The translations under genes and the position numbers were made by a program. The notes under the pieces were generated by a model. That model ran no database searches and had not been told where the DNA came from. It was given only the letters and a program-made list of their open reading frames with translations. Source: Coprobacillaceae bacterium (GTDB lineage Bacteria > Bacillota_I > Bacilli_A > Erysipelotrichales > Coprobacillaceae). From it: a DNA stretch of 32,000 nt. The DNA lies in contig OY776328.1 of assembly GCA_963675515.1 (NCBI GenBank), positions 840,001 to 872,000 of the forward strand, in the 5' to 3' direction. Below, in pieces: positions 29,167 to 32,000 of this stretch; position 1 is the first letter of the stretch; every line of letters starts with the position of its first letter.

Positions 29167-29658
29167 ATGAACGTGGAACAGAGAATTGCAAGATTGGAAG
29201 ACATGGAAGAAATAAAAAAGCTTAAATATACCTATGCTAAAATATTGGATGAAGGCTACGACCCGCTGAAAGTGGCATCCCTATTCGTAGAGGACGGACT
29301 TTGGTCGATAAGCGGTGTCGGTGGTACGGCCAAAGGTATTGAAAACATCAAAGCCCATAGTGAAAGACTTGGAAATGACGTGATCTGGGGACAGCATAAT
29401 ATGTTTTCGCCGATCATCGAGATATCTGAAGATGGCCTGTCCGCAAAAGGTGAGTTCTATCTGTTATACCTGTTGACGATGAATGCGCCCGAAAGCAAAG
29501 ACGGCAAGGAAGCATATGTGTTGGCAGGAAAATATCATGATAAATTTGTGAAGATGGATGGGAAATGGTATTTCGCCGAATTGGTTGGTCATATTGACCA
29601 GGCTTCACCTTGGTCAAAAGGATGGGTGGAACAATCATTTACTAAAGAAACGTGGTAG
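29167..29658 (+). CDS. SnoaL-like / NTF2-fold (SnoaL_4-type) protein
   Basis: 163-aa ORF with an AGGAG RBS, 17 nt after the radical-SAM stop. The N-terminal helix is RIARLEDMEEIKKLKYTYAKILD and the C-terminal part is KYHDKFVKMDGKWYF. This layout is that of SnoaL_4 proteins such as BaiE, as I recall it. Confidence 0.65.
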   Translation: MNVEQRIARLEDMEEIKKLKYTYAKILDEGYDPLKVASLFVEDGLWSISGVGGTAKGIENIKAHSERLGNDVIWGQHNMFSPIIEISEDGLSAKGEFYLLYLLTMNAPESKDGKEAYVLAGKYHDKFVKMDGKWYFAELVGHIDQASPWSKGWVEQSFTKETW

Positions 29659-29916
29659 GCGCCCTCCGCAATGTTGCTTTGCGAAACCGTCCCATATTGT
29701 TTGATTGTTACAGTGCTTAAAGTCATTGATTGATTTGGTGTTTTTTGATCCGACCAAGTTTTGACACTTTGAAAGCGGCATTTTGTCATTCAAATTTCAA
29801 GAGAATTATGGTAGCATGAGAAGTGGTTTGAGTAAAACGGTGGGGAGTGATCTTCGGACAACTGTCAAGCTGCAGGAAAATTCAAAGCGCGTATTTGCAA
29901 TTGAATTTAAATTTAA

Positions 29917-31398
<1,482 letters not shown>

Positions 31399-31511
31399 TA
31401 CCTTGTTTGAACAGCAAGTTTAAAGCTGAATATAAACGAACTGGATAAGCATAGCCGATTTGATATTTTGGTATAATTGTTAACGAGGTCGTGTTTTCGT
31501 GGAGAAAACCA

Positions 31512-31574
31512 ATGAAACGACTCAACTTGCGCTGTTTTCTCGTTAGTTTACCAATAATTTCATTTCATAAATAA
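31512..31574 (+). CDS. Candidate 20-codon small ORF (MKRLNLRCFLVSLPIISFHK)
   Basis: GGAG (31501-31504) lies 7 nt before the ATG. TGgTATAAT (31469-31477) lies upstream and a strong terminator immediately downstream. It could equally be non-coding 3'UTR of the GH1 gene. Confidence 0.25.
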   Translation: MKRLNLRCFLVSLPIISFHK

Positions 31575-31580
31575 TTACAC

Positions 31581-31614
31581 AAAAATGCATCTTCGTTTAA
31601 GAAGATGCATTTTT
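31581..31614 (+). terminator. Rho-independent terminator
   Basis: AAAAATGCATCTTC-gtttaa-GAAGATGCATTTTT is a perfect 14-bp stem including A/T-run flanks. Confidence 0.8.
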
Positions 31615-31798
31615 CCCGTTTTTGGATGTGTCCTGTCCAGTCAATGAATTCGACTGGATTATTTGTAGAACTATAAATAATAAGCGCCTATCACAGCCAG
31701 TCACTATGACAAGCGGCAATAGGCGCTATTGTTTTTGGGTTGTTATTCAAATTTTCGGGTTCGTCAGTCAATTATGTCCGCGCATTAAAAATATGAGG

Positions 31799-32000
31799 TT
31801 AATTAGCATCGTAGAATGTTATTGATATTAATTTCATCGATATCATGGTGATCAGTCCAAACCCAAAGAAGAAAAAGCCAAATACATAGGCGGGCTGATT
31901 GACCTGATCAAGGACAGGCAATGCAAGAGGTATGATGTTGAAGCAGACTATCACCAGGGCAATTGCCGGTTTGCTCATCATATAGTATATTGCATCCTTG
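31799..32000 (-). CDS. Partial CDS, C-terminal part of a small or polytopic membrane protein (open at the right window edge)
   Basis: The track gives 31799-31981, but the frame stays open to position 32000 (...KDAIYYMMSKPAIALVIVCFNIIPLALPVL...). It contains two hydrophobic helices and has no recognisable family. Confidence 0.35.
   Translation of the reverse strand, partial: KDAIYYMMSKPAIALVIVCFNIIPLALPVLDQVNQPAYVFGFFFFGFGLITMISMKLISITFYDAN

Noticed and set aside
29703-29735. GATTGTTAC(a)GTG matches the 5' half of the BglG/LicT ribonucleic antiterminator (RAT, GGATTGTTACTG...) upstream of the intact GH1 gene. A second loosely RAT-like stretch, GGACAACTGTCAAGCTGCAGGAAAATTCAAAG, lies at 29856-29887.
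   Set aside because: Neither stretch has the complementary 3' half (GCAGGCAAAACC) needed for the RAT hairpin. Neither overlaps a convincing GC-rich terminator, and no BglG-family antiterminator or PTS gene is in the window. A covariance-model search for RAT or PRD-regulated leaders would settle it.

Overview
This looks like a chromosomal segment from a low-GC Gram-positive (Bacillota-like) organism, judging by AGGAGG-type RBSs, hairpin plus T-run terminators and a cre-like site. I saw no rRNA, tRNA or CRISPR. About 24 genes are supported, running left to right. (1) An AT-rich partial recombinase-like gene sits at the left edge. (2) Next come a Cof-type HAD phosphatase, a 2-hydroxyacid dehydrogenase and an AEC permease. 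(3) A LysR regulator is followed by an aldo/keto reductase (AKR) and an MFS transporter. (4) A UPF0303/GlcG-like protein and a MATE efflux pump follow. (5) A self-contained three-gene operon resembles the staphyloxanthin tailoring genes (CrtP/N-family oxidoreductase, CrtQ-like GT2, CrtO-like acyltransferase), with no backbone genes in view. (6) An AKR fused to a 2x[4Fe-4S] domain, two tandem small MerR regulators, an MFS transporter, a flavodoxin and another MFS transporter come next. (7) A GH1 6-phospho-beta-glucosidase is split by a 2590-nt group II intron inserted inside the codon of the catalytic acid/base Glu, and the intron's RT/maturase/HNH ORF is frameshifted. (8) A GH36 alpha-galactosidase has an extended -10 promoter and a cre-like site. 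(9) An alpha/beta hydrolase follows. (10) A divergent LysR regulator faces a radical-SAM (CX4CX2C) plus SnoaL/NTF2-like pair. (11) An intact GH1 paralog serves as an empty-site comparator for the intron. The two strongest non-obvious signals are the intron-split catalytic codon and a set of five TTGAC(T/A)-N19-TAnnnT promoters. These five carry related (A/G)AGT..ACT(C/T) dyads, the MerR activation architecture, and tie five scattered redox/detox-type genes to the tandem MerR pair. All functional calls rest on motifs read from the supplied translations. No database search was possible.
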